NCBI GenBank assembly: GCA_934101865.1 | Contig: CAKOSA010000001.1 | Coordinates: 22,235 to 86,234 of the forward strand | Direction of reading: 5' to 3' | Length of the DNA: 64,000 nt | Source of the DNA: an uncultured Bacilli bacterium | Lineage (GTDB): Bacteria > Bacillota_I > Bacilli_A > RF39 > UBA660 | Shown: piece by piece, positions 8,844-19,061 of the stretch | Numbering within the stretch: the first letter of the stretch is position 1 | Layout: each line of letters opens with the position of its first letter | Position numbers and translations under genes: made by a program | Notes under the pieces: model-generated | Told to the model about the DNA's origin: nothing | Databases searched by the model: none | Seen by the model: the letters and a program-made list of their open reading frames with translations, nothing else

Positions 8844-9881
8844 ATGGATAAAATAGGAAAAAATTTAAAAAAAATAAGATTACTAAAAAATCTTTCCCTT
8901 AAAGAGGCTGGCCAACTATTAGGAATGAGTGCCACCGCCATAAACAAATACGAAAAAGGATATTTAATACCAAACTCATCAAAAGTAATAGAATTTGCCA
9001 ATGCCTATAACGTAAATTGTATCGATATACTAAGAGTATACGAAGAACCAGAGTTAAAGTTTACATCATTTAAAAAGAATGAAAAATTAACCGAGAAAAA
9101 ATTAGAAGTTTTAAAAATGGTAATACAAGAAGAAGTAGCAAAATATTTAGAAGTCATAGAATTAAACTCAATAACTGCCCAAAATATCTCTCTAAGGAAA
9201 TACAAATGTAGTACACTAGAAGATGCTGAACAAGCCTCTAACAAATTTAGAGAACACATAAAACTATCAAGCAAATATCCCATATCAGATTTAATAAGCA
9301 TCCTTGAAAACCTAGGAATACTCATAATTGAACTAGAAGATAAAAATAACTACTATGAAGGGTTTGAAGGCTTTAGCGAAGTCGTAAACAACATACCCAT
9401 TATAGTTATGAAAGAAAACAGAACTGATGTCTGTAAATACAGATATACCTTAGCTCACGAACTTGCCCATCTAATTCTTAAAATAGAAAATCCCCAAGTT
9501 AACGAAGAAAAACTATGTGATAGGTTTGCTAGCAGTTTACTTATGCCCAAAGAAGCCGTAATAAACGAATTTGGAAATAATAGAAGAAACATAAGCATTT
9601 ATGAACTAGTAGTCTTTAAAATAGAATATAAAGTAAATTATAAAGATATAATAACAAGACTAAAAGAACTAAACATAATAACAGAATACCTATATAAAAA
9701 ATTAAGTACAAGTCATATTATAGATGAAGGAATAACCTTCCAACCCGAAGTATCACATCAGTTTAAAAAACTAGTTCATAAATTAGAAACTGATGATATA
9801 ATAACAATAAATAAAGCCTGTGAACTATTAGGAACTACTCCCAATGAATATAACCGAGAAAATAATAATTACAGATATTAA
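8844..9881 (+). CDS. XRE-family HTH regulator fused to an ImmA/IrrE (COG2856, DUF955) zinc-metallopeptidase domain
   Basis: N-terminal HTH_XRE (LKKIRLLKNLSLKEAGQLLGMSATAINKYEKG). The C-terminal domain carries HEXXH (YTLAHELAHLIL) in the ImmA/IrrE context. Preceded by a TTTACA - 17 - TGcTAAAAT promoter. Confidence 0.8.
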   Translation: MDKIGKNLKKIRLLKNLSLKEAGQLLGMSATAINKYEKGYLIPNSSKVIEFANAYNVNCIDILRVYEEPELKFTSFKKNEKLTEKKLEVLKMVIQEEVAKYLEVIELNSITAQNISLRKYKCSTLEDAEQASNKFREHIKLSSKYPISDLISILENLGILIIELEDKNNYYEGFEGFSEVVNNIPIIVMKENRTDVCKYRYTLAHELAHLILKIENPQVNEEKLCDRFASSLLMPKEAVINEFGNNRRNISIYELVVFKIEYKVNYKDIITRLKELNIITEYLYKKLSTSHIIDEGITFQPEVSHQFKKLVHKLETDDIITINKACELLGTTPNEYNRENNNYRY

Positions 9882-10362
9882 CATAATTACCGATTTAGAC
9901 AACGCAGGCATTTTAGAAGAATTTATAACCATAAAAAACGTATACGTAAGTGATTTAATAAAAACAGATGAACTAAATCAAAAAACTGGTAATATAAATA
10001 CAATCAAAAAGGCCAAAGTAATAAGTGCCACCGACAAGCAAGTTTTAGAAGCAGTAAACTTATCGCTTATAAATAAAAAGTTATCAATGTACGATTTATT
10101 AAATTATGTGTTAGCTAGGGACAATAATTGCATTTTAGCAACGGGTGATAATAGATTAAAACAATATGCAGAATTAAATGATGTCGAAGTAATAAGAACT
10201 CTAAAAATAATAAAATTAATGACAACGCACAGTATAATATCCAAAGAAGTTGCTATTATCTCTTGTCAAAAACTAAAAGAAAATCCAAGGACAAGAATAC
10301 CCATTAACAGCATAGAACAAGTAATCATTTCCTTAACCGAAGAATTAACATCAATTAGCTAA
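9844..10362 (+). CDS. Hypothetical protein, possibly a PIN-like nuclease; candidate toxin/effector partner of the XRE-ImmA gene
   Basis: Overlaps the preceding gene by 38 nt. First strand IIITDINII with Asp, then TDK and GDN acidic motifs spaced as in PIN folds. The assignment is tentative. Confidence 0.4.
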   Translation: MNITEKIIITDINIITDLDNAGILEEFITIKNVYVSDLIKTDELNQKTGNINTIKKAKVISATDKQVLEAVNLSLINKKLSMYDLLNYVLARDNNCILATGDNRLKQYAELNDVEVIRTLKIIKLMTTHSIISKEVAIISCQKLKENPRTRIPINSIEQVIISLTEELTSIS

Positions 10363-10476
10363 CAAAATAACTACCACCCATTTTATCAGTTGACCCTCAA
10401 TCCCAAAAAACTTTCCATTTTTAGTTTACAAAAAAACATAAATATGATATATTAAATATAGACAGTAGGTGAGTTT

Positions 10477-10791
10477 ATGAGAAGTTTTTTTAGTGCCCTA
10501 TGGCGCCTTGGAATATATGTCCTCTTAATAGTAATACTATACATCGTAATCATATACAAAGTAAAATACGAAGGAATAGAAGACCCCACTAAATACCTCT
10601 ATTTCTATAAATGCAGTGGCAATATCTGCACCACCAGTGAAACCATAACAAACTACCTCTCTAAGTACGAATGTGATAAAACATGCCCTATAGTAATAGA
10701 GTTCCAAGAAAACAGTAAAGTAGAACTCCAACACAATAACTCCATATTCACCTATAACTATGAAAAGGGAGAAATAATAAATGAAGAATAA
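10477..10791 (+). CDS. Small Cys-containing membrane-anchored protein
   Basis: 104 aa with an N-terminal TM helix and five Cys (CSGNIC, CDKTC). Overlaps the start of the TasA-like gene by 11 nt. Confidence 0.4.
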   Translation: MRSFFSALWRLGIYVLLIVILYIVIIYKVKYEGIEDPTKYLYFYKCSGNICTTSETITNYLSKYECDKTCPIVIEFQENSKVELQHNNSIFTYNYEKGEIINEE

Positions 10792-12307
10792 AAGAAAAAA
10801 TATAATAATACTATTAATATTAATACTCCTATTAACCCTAGGAATAGGCATAACCTATGCCATCTTTAAATGGACTAGTTCTAACTCTGATATAACCTTT
10901 AATATTGAAGGCTGTTATGTAACCTATGATGCCGGAGGAGATATAACAGGAGCATCCCTAGGTCCAGCCCTATCCAAAGATGATACCAATAATGTACTAT
11001 CCAAAAAAATAACCCTATCCCCAGAATGTAGTGGAGTAACAGCCAATCTTACCCTAAAAGTAAATGAGATAGCACCTGAACTAAAAAACACTTCCTTTAT
11101 ATGGTCCCTATATGAAGGAAATACCAAAGTATCAAATGGTAACTTCGCTGATGCAACTACTAATAAAGTATACACTCTTCTAAGTACTAAAACCCTAACA
11201 GAAAAAACTACTACAACTTATGCCCTCTATATCTATATAGATGGAACTGTCGATAATGATAGTAGTATGGGTGGTAAAAGTTTTAAGTTTACACTTGGAG
11301 CAAGTGGAGAGAATGCACTGCGTAAGGAGCCACCTGCTAACTTTGTAGAGGAGTTAGATGACGGAACTACTGGTGATAGCGGAAGTGGGGTGTACAAAGT
11401 ACAGCATAGCGCTATTGCGAGTGGTGGTAGTGCAACAGGTAGTGAAATACCAGCCGTAACTGATTATAGATATTATGGACCTAATCCTAATAATTATATA
11501 TGTTTAGATATGGAAGGTGGTAGTACTTGTCCTGATAAACATTTATATAGAATAATAGGAAGTATCTATGAAGAATTAGAAAATACTAAGAGAATAAAGG
11601 TAATAAAGGCAACACCTCTTACAGATGGAAATACAACAACCTATTATTGGAATAGTGACGATAATAATATTTGGGCTACTATTACTAGTGGTAATTATAG
11701 TAATAGTTTAACAAGTGGAGCAAGTTTAATGAAACTCTTAAATAGTGGGGCATGGTGGAATGGAACAAGTGCTAGTTATCATACTGAGGAGAATCCGATG
11801 GGAACTACAGTTAATTTTGCTAATTATAAATTAAGTGATAAGGCAAAGAGTTATATAACTACAAGTAGATATTATTTAGGAGGAGATAGAACAGCAAATG
11901 GAGTGATGACTAATGAATTCTACGCTTATGAAAGGGGGACTACTAGGTATGGTACGAATAGACCATTATATTGGGATGGAATGGTAGGACTTATGTATCC
12001 AAGTGATTATGGGTATGCGGCTGGTAATACTTGTGTAACGGAGACTAACTTAAGTTATTTTGCAGGGGGATATGAAAAAGAATGTATGAATAAGGATTGG
12101 CTTTATATTTCAAAGACTGATCAGTGGTTAATGTCACCTGTTTCGGGCGATTCCTACTGTGCTTTTAGCATTACCTCGAGAGGCGACATTGCTAACGGCT
12201 ACTATTCCACAGATGCTACTTCAGTCCGTCCCACCTTCTACCTCAAATCAGACATCTCCATAACTGACGGAGAAGGAACTGAGACTAATCCCTACATCCT
12301 ATCCTAA
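10781..12307 (+). CDS. TasA/camelysin-like protein with a SipW-cognate-type signal anchor, fused to a conserved about 330-aa Cys-containing C-terminal domain (paralog A)
   Basis: N-terminus KNKRK + TM + ITYAIFKW...ITFNIEG resembles SipW-cognate signals (GTFAYFSD...TFxxGTLDL). The C-terminal half shares DDGTTGDSGSGVYKV, DYRYYGxNxNNYICLDMEGxSTCPD, IKVIKATPLTDG, YWDGxVGLMYPSDYGYAAGN and RPTFYLKS blocks with the 26903..28426 protein. Confidence 0.6.
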   Translation: MKNKRKNIIILLILILLLTLGIGITYAIFKWTSSNSDITFNIEGCYVTYDAGGDITGASLGPALSKDDTNNVLSKKITLSPECSGVTANLTLKVNEIAPELKNTSFIWSLYEGNTKVSNGNFADATTNKVYTLLSTKTLTEKTTTTYALYIYIDGTVDNDSSMGGKSFKFTLGASGENALRKEPPANFVEELDDGTTGDSGSGVYKVQHSAIASGGSATGSEIPAVTDYRYYGPNPNNYICLDMEGGSTCPDKHLYRIIGSIYEELENTKRIKVIKATPLTDGNTTTYYWNSDDNNIWATITSGNYSNSLTSGASLMKLLNSGAWWNGTSASYHTEENPMGTTVNFANYKLSDKAKSYITTSRYYLGGDRTANGVMTNEFYAYERGTTRYGTNRPLYWDGMVGLMYPSDYGYAAGNTCVTETNLSYFAGGYEKECMNKDWLYISKTDQWLMSPVSGDSYCAFSITSRGDIANGYYSTDATSVRPTFYLKSDISITDGEGTETNPYILS

Positions 12308-12399
12308 TACATACATATAATACATATACATACAACCCAATATGGTACTAACCCATACCCCCTCTAACATACACTATTAATAAGAAAGAAAGTGATACT

Positions 12400-13014
12400 A
12401 TGCTAAAAAATATCTTCCTTGATGTATTTAGTGATACGTGGCCTACAATCCTAATAGCCGTCGTAATAGCCGTATCACTAAGACTAGCATATCTCCTAAA
12501 AGGACATAAAAAAATAATACTCTATAAAGAACTCCTAATGCTTATATTCATAATCTATGCTCTCTGTCTTTTCCATGTTGTAACCTATCAAGATGTGAAC
12601 TTTGGTACCAATAACTTTATTCCCTTTAAAGAGATATTTCGCTACGATTTAGGTACCCCCAAGTTTATAAAAAACATAATAGGGAATATAATAATGTTTA
12701 TTCCCTTTGGGTTCTTCGCATCCTATTTCCTCAAAAGTAAAAAGATAGGTATCCCCTTAATACTAACCATAATATTAACCACCACTATAGAAACAGTCCA
12801 GTACTATATAGGAAGAGTATTCGATATAGACGATATCATCCTAAATATAGTAGGAGGAATACTAGGCTATCTCCTCTTTATAACAATGGACTTTCTTCAA
12901 AATAAAATACCAGGATTAAAAAATAATCACATCTTAAACTTGCTAATTATCATAATAATTGTTATAATAGTCATATACGGGTTCGATATAAATATATTCG
13001 GACTATACGGATAG
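12400..13014 (+). CDS. VanZ-family membrane protein
   Basis: Four or five TM helices and the VanZ-like conserved segment (FIPFGFF...TTTIETVQYYIGRVFDIDDIILNIVGGILGY). Confidence 0.7.
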   Translation: MLKNIFLDVFSDTWPTILIAVVIAVSLRLAYLLKGHKKIILYKELLMLIFIIYALCLFHVVTYQDVNFGTNNFIPFKEIFRYDLGTPKFIKNIIGNIIMFIPFGFFASYFLKSKKIGIPLILTIILTTTIETVQYYIGRVFDIDDIILNIVGGILGYLLFITMDFLQNKIPGLKNNHILNLLIIIIIVIIVIYGFDINIFGLYG

Positions 13015-13024
13015 GGGGGATAAA

Positions 13025-13468
13025 ATGTACGATGTAATAAACAATTACGGAAAAGAAATAGAAAACTATGAAGAAATAGAAAAATATATAGAATACCTCG
13101 TCAAAGAACTAAACCTAGATAACTGTATGTTTAATATCATCTTTATAACCAATAAAGAAATCCATAAAATAAATAAAGAATATAGAAAAGTAGATAGACC
13201 AACAGATGTCATATCCTTTGCCCTTGAAGACAATAAAGATATCGAATACAAAGACTTTAGACTACTAGGAGATATCTATATATCCGTAGATAGAGCCATA
13301 GAACAAGCAAGAGATTATAACCACTCCCTAAAAAGAGAACTATGCTTCCTATCAACCCACGGTATCCTTCATCTTCTCGGATATGATCACCAAACAAAAA
13401 AAGAAGAAGAAATAATGTTTACTAAACAAAAGGAGCTATTAGAAAAATATGGAATACAAAGGAACTAA
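13025..13468 (+). CDS. ybeY: Endoribonuclease YbeY (rRNA maturation)
   Basis: HxxxHxxxxxH zinc motif (HGILHLLGYDH). 147 aa. Conserved ybeY-dgkA linkage. Confidence 0.9.
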   Translation: MYDVINNYGKEIENYEEIEKYIEYLVKELNLDNCMFNIIFITNKEIHKINKEYRKVDRPTDVISFALEDNKDIEYKDFRLLGDIYISVDRAIEQARDYNHSLKRELCFLSTHGILHLLGYDHQTKKEEEIMFTKQKELLEKYGIQRN

Positions 13469-13829
13469 AAAAAGAACATTTAAAAACAGTGTTAAAGATT
13501 GCCTTGATGGCATAAACTTTGTTCTAAGTAATGAAAGAAATTTTGTAAGAGAAATAATAATGGGAATGATAGCCCTTACGCTATGCGTGTTTTTAGAAGT
13601 ATCCCCTTATGAATACATAACAATCCTATTACTAATCTGTTTTGTCCTCATAATGGAACTAATAAACACTGCCTTAGAGAAAGTAGTAGACCTATATACA
13701 ACCCAGTATAACGAACTAGCCAAGATAATAAAGAATGTCTCCGCTGCCTCTGTCTTAATAATGTGTACATTCTCAGCAATAATAGGAATAATAATCTTTT
13801 TACCAAAAATACTCAATATTATTAGATAA
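13449..13829 (+). CDS. dgkA: Diacylglycerol/undecaprenol kinase DgkA
   Basis: 126 aa, three TM helices, DgkA-type conserved N-terminal block (NFVREIIMG). Overlaps ybeY. Confidence 0.8.
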   Translation: MEYKGTKKRTFKNSVKDCLDGINFVLSNERNFVREIIMGMIALTLCVFLEVSPYEYITILLLICFVLIMELINTALEKVVDLYTTQYNELAKIIKNVSAASVLIMCTFSAIIGIIIFLPKILNIIR

Positions 13830-13891
13830 CCTCTAATAATATTTTATCATAAATAAAACTTGCTTTAATCAATATTTAGTAAGGAGAAAAT

Positions 13892-14476
13892 ATGAAAATA
13901 AAACTAAACAAAAACTATGTAAAACTAGTATTACCCTATATCCTAGTAACAACCACTATCTATTCATCAAGATATCTAATAACAGATAAACTCCCCCTTA
14001 TAAGAAATAAAGAAGAAATAAATACCAAAGATGTACTAATATTAGGAGAAAAACCAAGCCAAGGTTCCTATTATGAAACCCTAGATAATAAACCAAACCA
14101 AGTACGCCTCTATACAAAATGTATCCCCCATAATAATAAATACAAACTACAAGGCTACCTCTATACATTTAATAAATATAATGAAGAAGAACTACAGATA
14201 GCCCTAGAAAACCAAGATGAAGCCCATATAAAAGAAATATTAGGACCACCCAAAAAAATAGAAAGAGAAGTATCAGAAGAAATAAAAACCCCATATATAG
14301 AAGGAATAATATTCAAAGATTCAAATACACCCACCCTAATAAAAGAAAGCCTTCCCGAAACCATTTTAAACAATACCTTTCTAATAGCCACATCCATAGT
14401 AGCATCAAAACTAATAAATGAAGTCGCCTATATAATAAAAGAAAGAAAAGAATACAAAAAAACTCCCAAAAATTAA
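13892..14476 (+). CDS. Hypothetical protein with an N-terminal TM anchor
   Basis: ORF with a GGAGA RBS and an N-terminal hydrophobic helix. No known domain. Confidence 0.4.
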   Translation: MKIKLNKNYVKLVLPYILVTTTIYSSRYLITDKLPLIRNKEEINTKDVLILGEKPSQGSYYETLDNKPNQVRLYTKCIPHNNKYKLQGYLYTFNKYNEEELQIALENQDEAHIKEILGPPKKIEREVSEEIKTPYIEGIIFKDSNTPTLIKESLPETILNNTFLIATSIVASKLINEVAYIIKERKEYKKTPKN

Positions 14477-14546
14477 CTTTACTAAACTTTTTGTTTGCAT
14501 TTACAAAAATATATGCTATAATATATACGTTTGAAAGAGGATTATT

Positions 14547-15572
14547 ATGAGAACTGAAGATTTTGATTACAATTTACCCCCCGAATTAATTGCCCAAACA
14601 CCCCTAGAAAAAAGAGATAACTCAAAACTAATGGTGCTTGACAAAGAAACCGGAGAGGTAAAACACGAAACATTTAAAAACATTATAAACTATTTAGATA
14701 AAGGAGACGTCCTTGTCTTAAACGATACCAAAGTATTACCAGCTCGCCTTATAGGAACCAAAGAAGAAACCGGTGCCACTATTGAACTACTACTATTAAA
14801 TAACGTTCTCGACCATACTTGGAAGGCCCTAGTAAAACCAGGAAAAAGAGTAAAAAAAGGGACCATAGTTACCTTTGGTGAAGGAATGCTAAAAGCAAAA
14901 TGCATCGAAGAATTAGAAGACGGTATAAAAAAATTCCAATTAATATACGAAGGAGTACTACTCGAAATATTAGATAAACTAGGGACAATGCCCCTTCCAC
15001 CATATATTCACGAAAAACTCCAAGATAAAGACCGTTACCAAACCATATACGCCAAAAATACCGGAAGTGTCGCAGCTCCAACCGCTGGATTACACTTTAC
15101 CCAAGAATTACTAGACCAAATAAAAAATAAAGGCATAGAAATATGCTTTGTAACACTCCACGTTGGTATAGGCACATTTAGACCCGTATCCGTAGAAGAC
15201 GTAACCAAACACAAAATGCACAGTGAGTATTATAATATGAATAAAGAAACAGCAAGTATCCTAAATAAAGCTAAGGAAGAAGGAAGAAGAATAATATCCG
15301 TAGGTACCACGACAACTAGAGTACTAGAAACAATAATGACAAAATACAATACATTTAAAGAATGCTATGGTGATACCGATATCTTCATATATCCAGGCTA
15401 TAAATTCAAGGCCATAGACGCTTTAATAACCAATTTTCACTTACCAAAGTCAACCCTAATAATGCTTGTTAGTGCTTTTAGTTCCAAAGAAATAATACTA
15501 AATGCCTATAATGAGGCTGTCAAAAACAATTACCGCTTTTTCTCTTTTGGAGACAGTATGTTCATAAAATAA
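14547..15572 (+). CDS. queA: S-adenosylmethionine:tRNA ribosyltransferase-isomerase QueA
   Basis: Canonical QueA N-terminus ([27 protein letters not shown]) and length of 341 aa. Confidence 0.95.
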   Translation: MRTEDFDYNLPPELIAQTPLEKRDNSKLMVLDKETGEVKHETFKNIINYLDKGDVLVLNDTKVLPARLIGTKEETGATIELLLLNNVLDHTWKALVKPGKRVKKGTIVTFGEGMLKAKCIEELEDGIKKFQLIYEGVLLEILDKLGTMPLPPYIHEKLQDKDRYQTIYAKNTGSVAAPTAGLHFTQELLDQIKNKGIEICFVTLHVGIGTFRPVSVEDVTKHKMHSEYYNMNKETASILNKAKEEGRRIISVGTTTTRVLETIMTKYNTFKECYGDTDIFIYPGYKFKAIDALITNFHLPKSTLIMLVSAFSSKEIILNAYNEAVKNNYRFFSFGDSMFIK

Positions 15573-15593
15573 CTAAAAGAAAGGGGGGACCAA

Positions 15594-17306
15594 ATGATAA
15601 CAAATGAAATAGTTAACGAAATAAGAGCCAAAACCGATATCGTAAGTGTCATATCAGCTTATCTCCCCTTAACAAAAAAAGGCAAAAACTACTTTGGAGT
15701 ATGCCCCTTTCACGATGACCATTCCCCCTCAATGAGTGTCTCCCCCGATAAACAAATATATACCTGTTTTTCGTGTGGAGCCTCAGGAAACGTTTTTAAC
15801 TTCGTATCAAGTTATGAACACATAACATATTACGAAGCCGTAAAACTACTAGGAGAACGCTTAGGATACAATATAAACACATCCCCCAAAGAAAAAAAAG
15901 ACGATATAAGTTATGAAATATATGATAAAGCGTGCAAATTTTATCAAAATAACATAAATACCACTCTTGGAAAAAATGCAATCGAATATTTACACAGTAG
16001 ACAAATAAACGATGAACTAATAAATAAGTTCAAAATAGGCCTATCAATGACCAAAGTATCCCTAACCGAATATCTTCTCGGAAGCGGTTATGAACTAAAC
16101 AAACTAATAAATATAGGCCTTACAAATGAACAAACCAAAGATATCTTTTTAAATAGAATAATGTTTCCCTTATTCGATTTAAAAGGAAATGTTGTGGCCT
16201 TCTCCGGAAGAATATACAATACCAAAGATGGAAGCAAATACGTAAATACCAAAGAAACAAATATCTTTAAAAAAGGAACAATGCTCTATAATTACCATAA
16301 TGCCCGTGAACACCTAAAAGTAAACGATACCATTATCGTAATGGAAGGCTTTATGGATGTCATAAGAGCATACTCAATAGGAGTTGTAAGTTGTGTTGCA
16401 ACTATGGGAACCGCCTTAACTAAACAAAATGCCCTTAACTTAAAGAAAATGGCTACCAATATTATCCTCTGTTTTGACGGTGATAAAGCCGGTGAAGAAG
16501 CAACCACTAAGGCCATTAAAATCTTTGAAGAAATAGATGTAGTACCCAAAGTAGTAAGATTAGAAGATAACTTAGATCCCGATGAATACATTCTAAGCCG
16601 TGGTAAAGAAAGCTTTCTAGCCAAAATAAATAATCCCATTAGCACATTAGAATTCAAAATGAATATCTATAAAGGAAACAAAAACTTTACCGATGTTGAA
16701 GAAATATCCAAATACATAAACGAAGCCTTAAAAGAATTATCAAAATTAGATGATGAACTATTAAAAGAATTAACCATAAAAAAATTAGAAAAAGAATATG
16801 GGGTGGGATACGATGTATTAAAAAAGAAACTACAAAGTTTTGAAGTAATAAAACCAAAAGACTTGCCAAAAGCCGTAATAAAACCCAAAAGTTATGGAAA
16901 ATACGAAACCGCTCAACGAAATCTCTTATACTATATGATTAAAGAAAAAGAAGTCCTAGAATACGTTGAAGAAAAATTATCATACTTTCCCAATGATAAT
17001 TTACGCTTTTTAGCAAATGAAATATTTACATTTTATCATAAATATGGTATTCTAGTAGTCGCCGACTTTATAACAAGTTTAGTAAATGAAGAAGAACTGT
17101 ATAAAATATTCCAAGAAATAATCAGTATGAATTTAAAAGAAAAATATACTAAAGAAGAAATCGACGACTATATATACCTTATAAACGAATACCCCAAGAA
17201 AAATAAAATAAACAAACTCGAAGAAGAACTGCGAAAAGAACCAGACCCAATAAAAAAAGCTCAGATATTAAGTAAGATAATGGAAATAAAAGGAGTGAGA
17301 AAATGA
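15594..17306 (+). CDS. dnaG: DNA primase DnaG
   Basis: Zinc-binding [13 protein letters not shown]...CFSCG motif, a TOPRIM domain (EGFMDV...DGDKAG), 570 aa, and the dnaG-sigA operon arrangement. Confidence 0.95.
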   Translation: MITNEIVNEIRAKTDIVSVISAYLPLTKKGKNYFGVCPFHDDHSPSMSVSPDKQIYTCFSCGASGNVFNFVSSYEHITYYEAVKLLGERLGYNINTSPKEKKDDISYEIYDKACKFYQNNINTTLGKNAIEYLHSRQINDELINKFKIGLSMTKVSLTEYLLGSGYELNKLINIGLTNEQTKDIFLNRIMFPLFDLKGNVVAFSGRIYNTKDGSKYVNTKETNIFKKGTMLYNYHNAREHLKVNDTIIVMEGFMDVIRAYSIGVVSCVATMGTALTKQNALNLKKMATNIILCFDGDKAGEEATTKAIKIFEEIDVVPKVVRLEDNLDPDEYILSRGKESFLAKINNPISTLEFKMNIYKGNKNFTDVEEISKYINEALKELSKLDDELLKELTIKKLEKEYGVGYDVLKKKLQSFEVIKPKDLPKAVIKPKSYGKYETAQRNLLYYMIKEKEVLEYVEEKLSYFPNDNLRFLANEIFTFYHKYGILVVADFITSLVNEEELYKIFQEIISMNLKEKYTKEEIDDYIYLINEYPKKNKINKLEEELRKEPDPIKKAQILSKIMEIKGVRK

Positions 17307-18403
17307 TAGAGGAAATAAAAAGCTTTGAGGATAGAAAAGAAGAACTAATAAAACAAGGAAAAGAAAAAGGCTATGTAACTTACGAAGAAATAGCCAAAGG
17401 ATTAAAAGGCCTCGATTTAGATAGCGATTCCCTTGATGACTTATACAATAGTTTTATGGAAAACAATATCCAAGTAGCAACAGATGAAGATATGGTAGGG
17501 GAGACTGAAGACGAAGATGAAGGAGGAGACTTTGAAGACCTCTTAAAAGATAGTACTCTTGCCAAAGAACTAACCATAAATGATCCCGTTAGAATGTATC
17601 TAAAAGAAATAGGTAAAATAAGTTTACTTTCCCTCGAAGAAGAAACCGCTTTATCAGAAAGAATAGTGGCCGGTGATGAAGAAGCCAAAAATATCTTAGC
17701 CGAATCAAACCTCCGTTTAGTAGTATCAATAGCCAAAAGATACGTAGGACGTGGTATGCTATTTTTAGACTTAATTCAAGAAGGAAACATTGGTCTTATG
17801 AAAGCCGTTGAAAAATTTGATGCCGAAAAAGGATACAAATTCTCAACTTATGCCACTTGGTGGATTAGACAAGCCATAACCCGTGCTATTGCTGACCAAG
17901 CCAGAACAATAAGAGTACCCGTACATATGGTTGAAACAATAAATAGATTATCACGTTTCCAAAGACAATTAACACTTGAATTAAATAGAGAACCAACCGA
18001 AGAAGAACTAGCCAAAAAAATGCACCTTTCTGTCGATAAAGTAAGAGAAGTAATAAAAATCGCCCAAGAACCCGTATCATTAGAAACTCCAATAGGTGAA
18101 GAAGACGATTCACACTTAGGTGACTTTGTCAAAGACGAAAGAAGTATGTCTCCGGAAGAATTCACTGTCCACGAAATGCTCAAAGATGAAATCTTTGATG
18201 TCCTTCTTACCCTAACCGAAAGAGAAGAACAAGTTCTAAGACTAAGATTTGGACTAGATGACGGTTCTTGTAAAACCCTTGAAGAAGTAGGGCAAATGTT
18301 TGGTGTAACCCGTGAAAGAATTAGACAAATAGAAGCCAAAGCCCTAAGAAAATTAAGGCACCCATCAAGAAGTAGAAAACTAAAGGACTTCTTAAATGAT
18401 TAA
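17303..18403 (+). CDS. sigA: RNA polymerase primary sigma factor (SigA/RpoD)
   Basis: Acidic region 1, region 2 ([36 protein letters not shown]), regions 3 and 4. Start overlaps dnaG by 4 nt. Confidence 0.95.
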   Translation: MIEEIKSFEDRKEELIKQGKEKGYVTYEEIAKGLKGLDLDSDSLDDLYNSFMENNIQVATDEDMVGETEDEDEGGDFEDLLKDSTLAKELTINDPVRMYLKEIGKISLLSLEEETALSERIVAGDEEAKNILAESNLRLVVSIAKRYVGRGMLFLDLIQEGNIGLMKAVEKFDAEKGYKFSTYATWWIRQAITRAIADQARTIRVPVHMVETINRLSRFQRQLTLELNREPTEEELAKKMHLSVDKVREVIKIAQEPVSLETPIGEEDDSHLGDFVKDERSMSPEEFTVHEMLKDEIFDVLLTLTEREEQVLRLRFGLDDGSCKTLEEVGQMFGVTRERIRQIEAKALRKLRHPSRSRKLKDFLND

Positions 18404-19061
18404 AATATCAAAAAGACTAAAAGCAATTGCCGACCTCGTTCCCGATAACAGTACTACTTGTGATGTAGGTTGTGATCACGCCCTACTTGATATATATTTA
18501 TATCAAACAAAAAAAAATATCAAATTAATAGCTTCTGATATCAATAAAAATGCCCTCTCTGGAGCCATTAAAAATATCAAGAAATATAACTTAGAAGATA
18601 AAATACAAACAGTAGTATCCGATGGATTAAAAAATTTACCCCTAAATAATATCGATACCATAATAATATCCGGTCTCGGTTCCGCTACTATAATAAATAT
18701 CCTAAAAAAAGAATACCTATCCAATATAAAAAACATAATAATATCATCTCATAACCACACCGAAGAAGTAAGGGAGTATATGCAAAAATTAAATTACTGT
18801 ATTGAAGAAGAAACAATTATAAAAGAAAACAATATCTATTATATTCTACTAAAATACAAAAACAGTAATCAAAAACTAACAAAATTTGCAAAACAGTATG
18901 GACCCATCATCCTAAAACAACAAAGAAAAATAGATACAGAGTATTTAAATAATATATTAGATACCAAAAAGAAACTATATACAAAATTACCAAAAGGAGA
19001 AAAAAAGTCCCAATTAAAAAAAGAAATAAACTACTTAGAGAAGCAAACTACCTATAAATAA
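18396..19061 (+). CDS. trmK: tRNA (adenine22-N1)-methyltransferase TrmK (YqfN family)
   Basis: N-terminal [10 protein letters not shown]...DVGCDHALL motif of TrmK. Position downstream of sigA as in Bacillus. Confidence 0.8.
   Translation: MIKISKRLKAIADLVPDNSTTCDVGCDHALLDIYLYQTKKNIKLIASDINKNALSGAIKNIKKYNLEDKIQTVVSDGLKNLPLNNIDTIIISGLGSATIINILKKEYLSNIKNIIISSHNHTEEVREYMQKLNYCIEEETIIKENNIYYILLKYKNSNQKLTKFAKQYGPIILKQQRKIDTEYLNNILDTKKKLYTKLPKGEKKSQLKKEINYLEKQTTYK

Noticed and set aside
11350-11420. GDSGSG motif in the TasA-like C-terminal domain as a serine-hydrolase active site (trypsin-like GDSGGP or SGNH GDSL)
   Set aside because: In the chymotrypsin fold the Ser motif would be near the C-terminus, not the N-terminus. 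SGNH blocks III and V (GxND, DxxH) are not conserved between the two paralogs.
12308-12399. ACATA-rich microsatellite-like stretch after TasA-like paralog A
   Set aside because: It is a short imperfect (ACATA)n run of about 35 bp. It may contribute to termination or phase variation but is too short and irregular to call confidently.
17848-18339. Long antisense ORFs inside sigA, gyrB, uvrB, mutS, queA, tsaC and other genes (for example 17848..18339, 5357..5758, 6349..6807, 41248..41598, 53111..53509)
   Set aside because: All lie opposite strongly supported conserved genes and show no RBS or independent conservation signal. They are the antisense-frame artefacts expected in AT-rich DNA.
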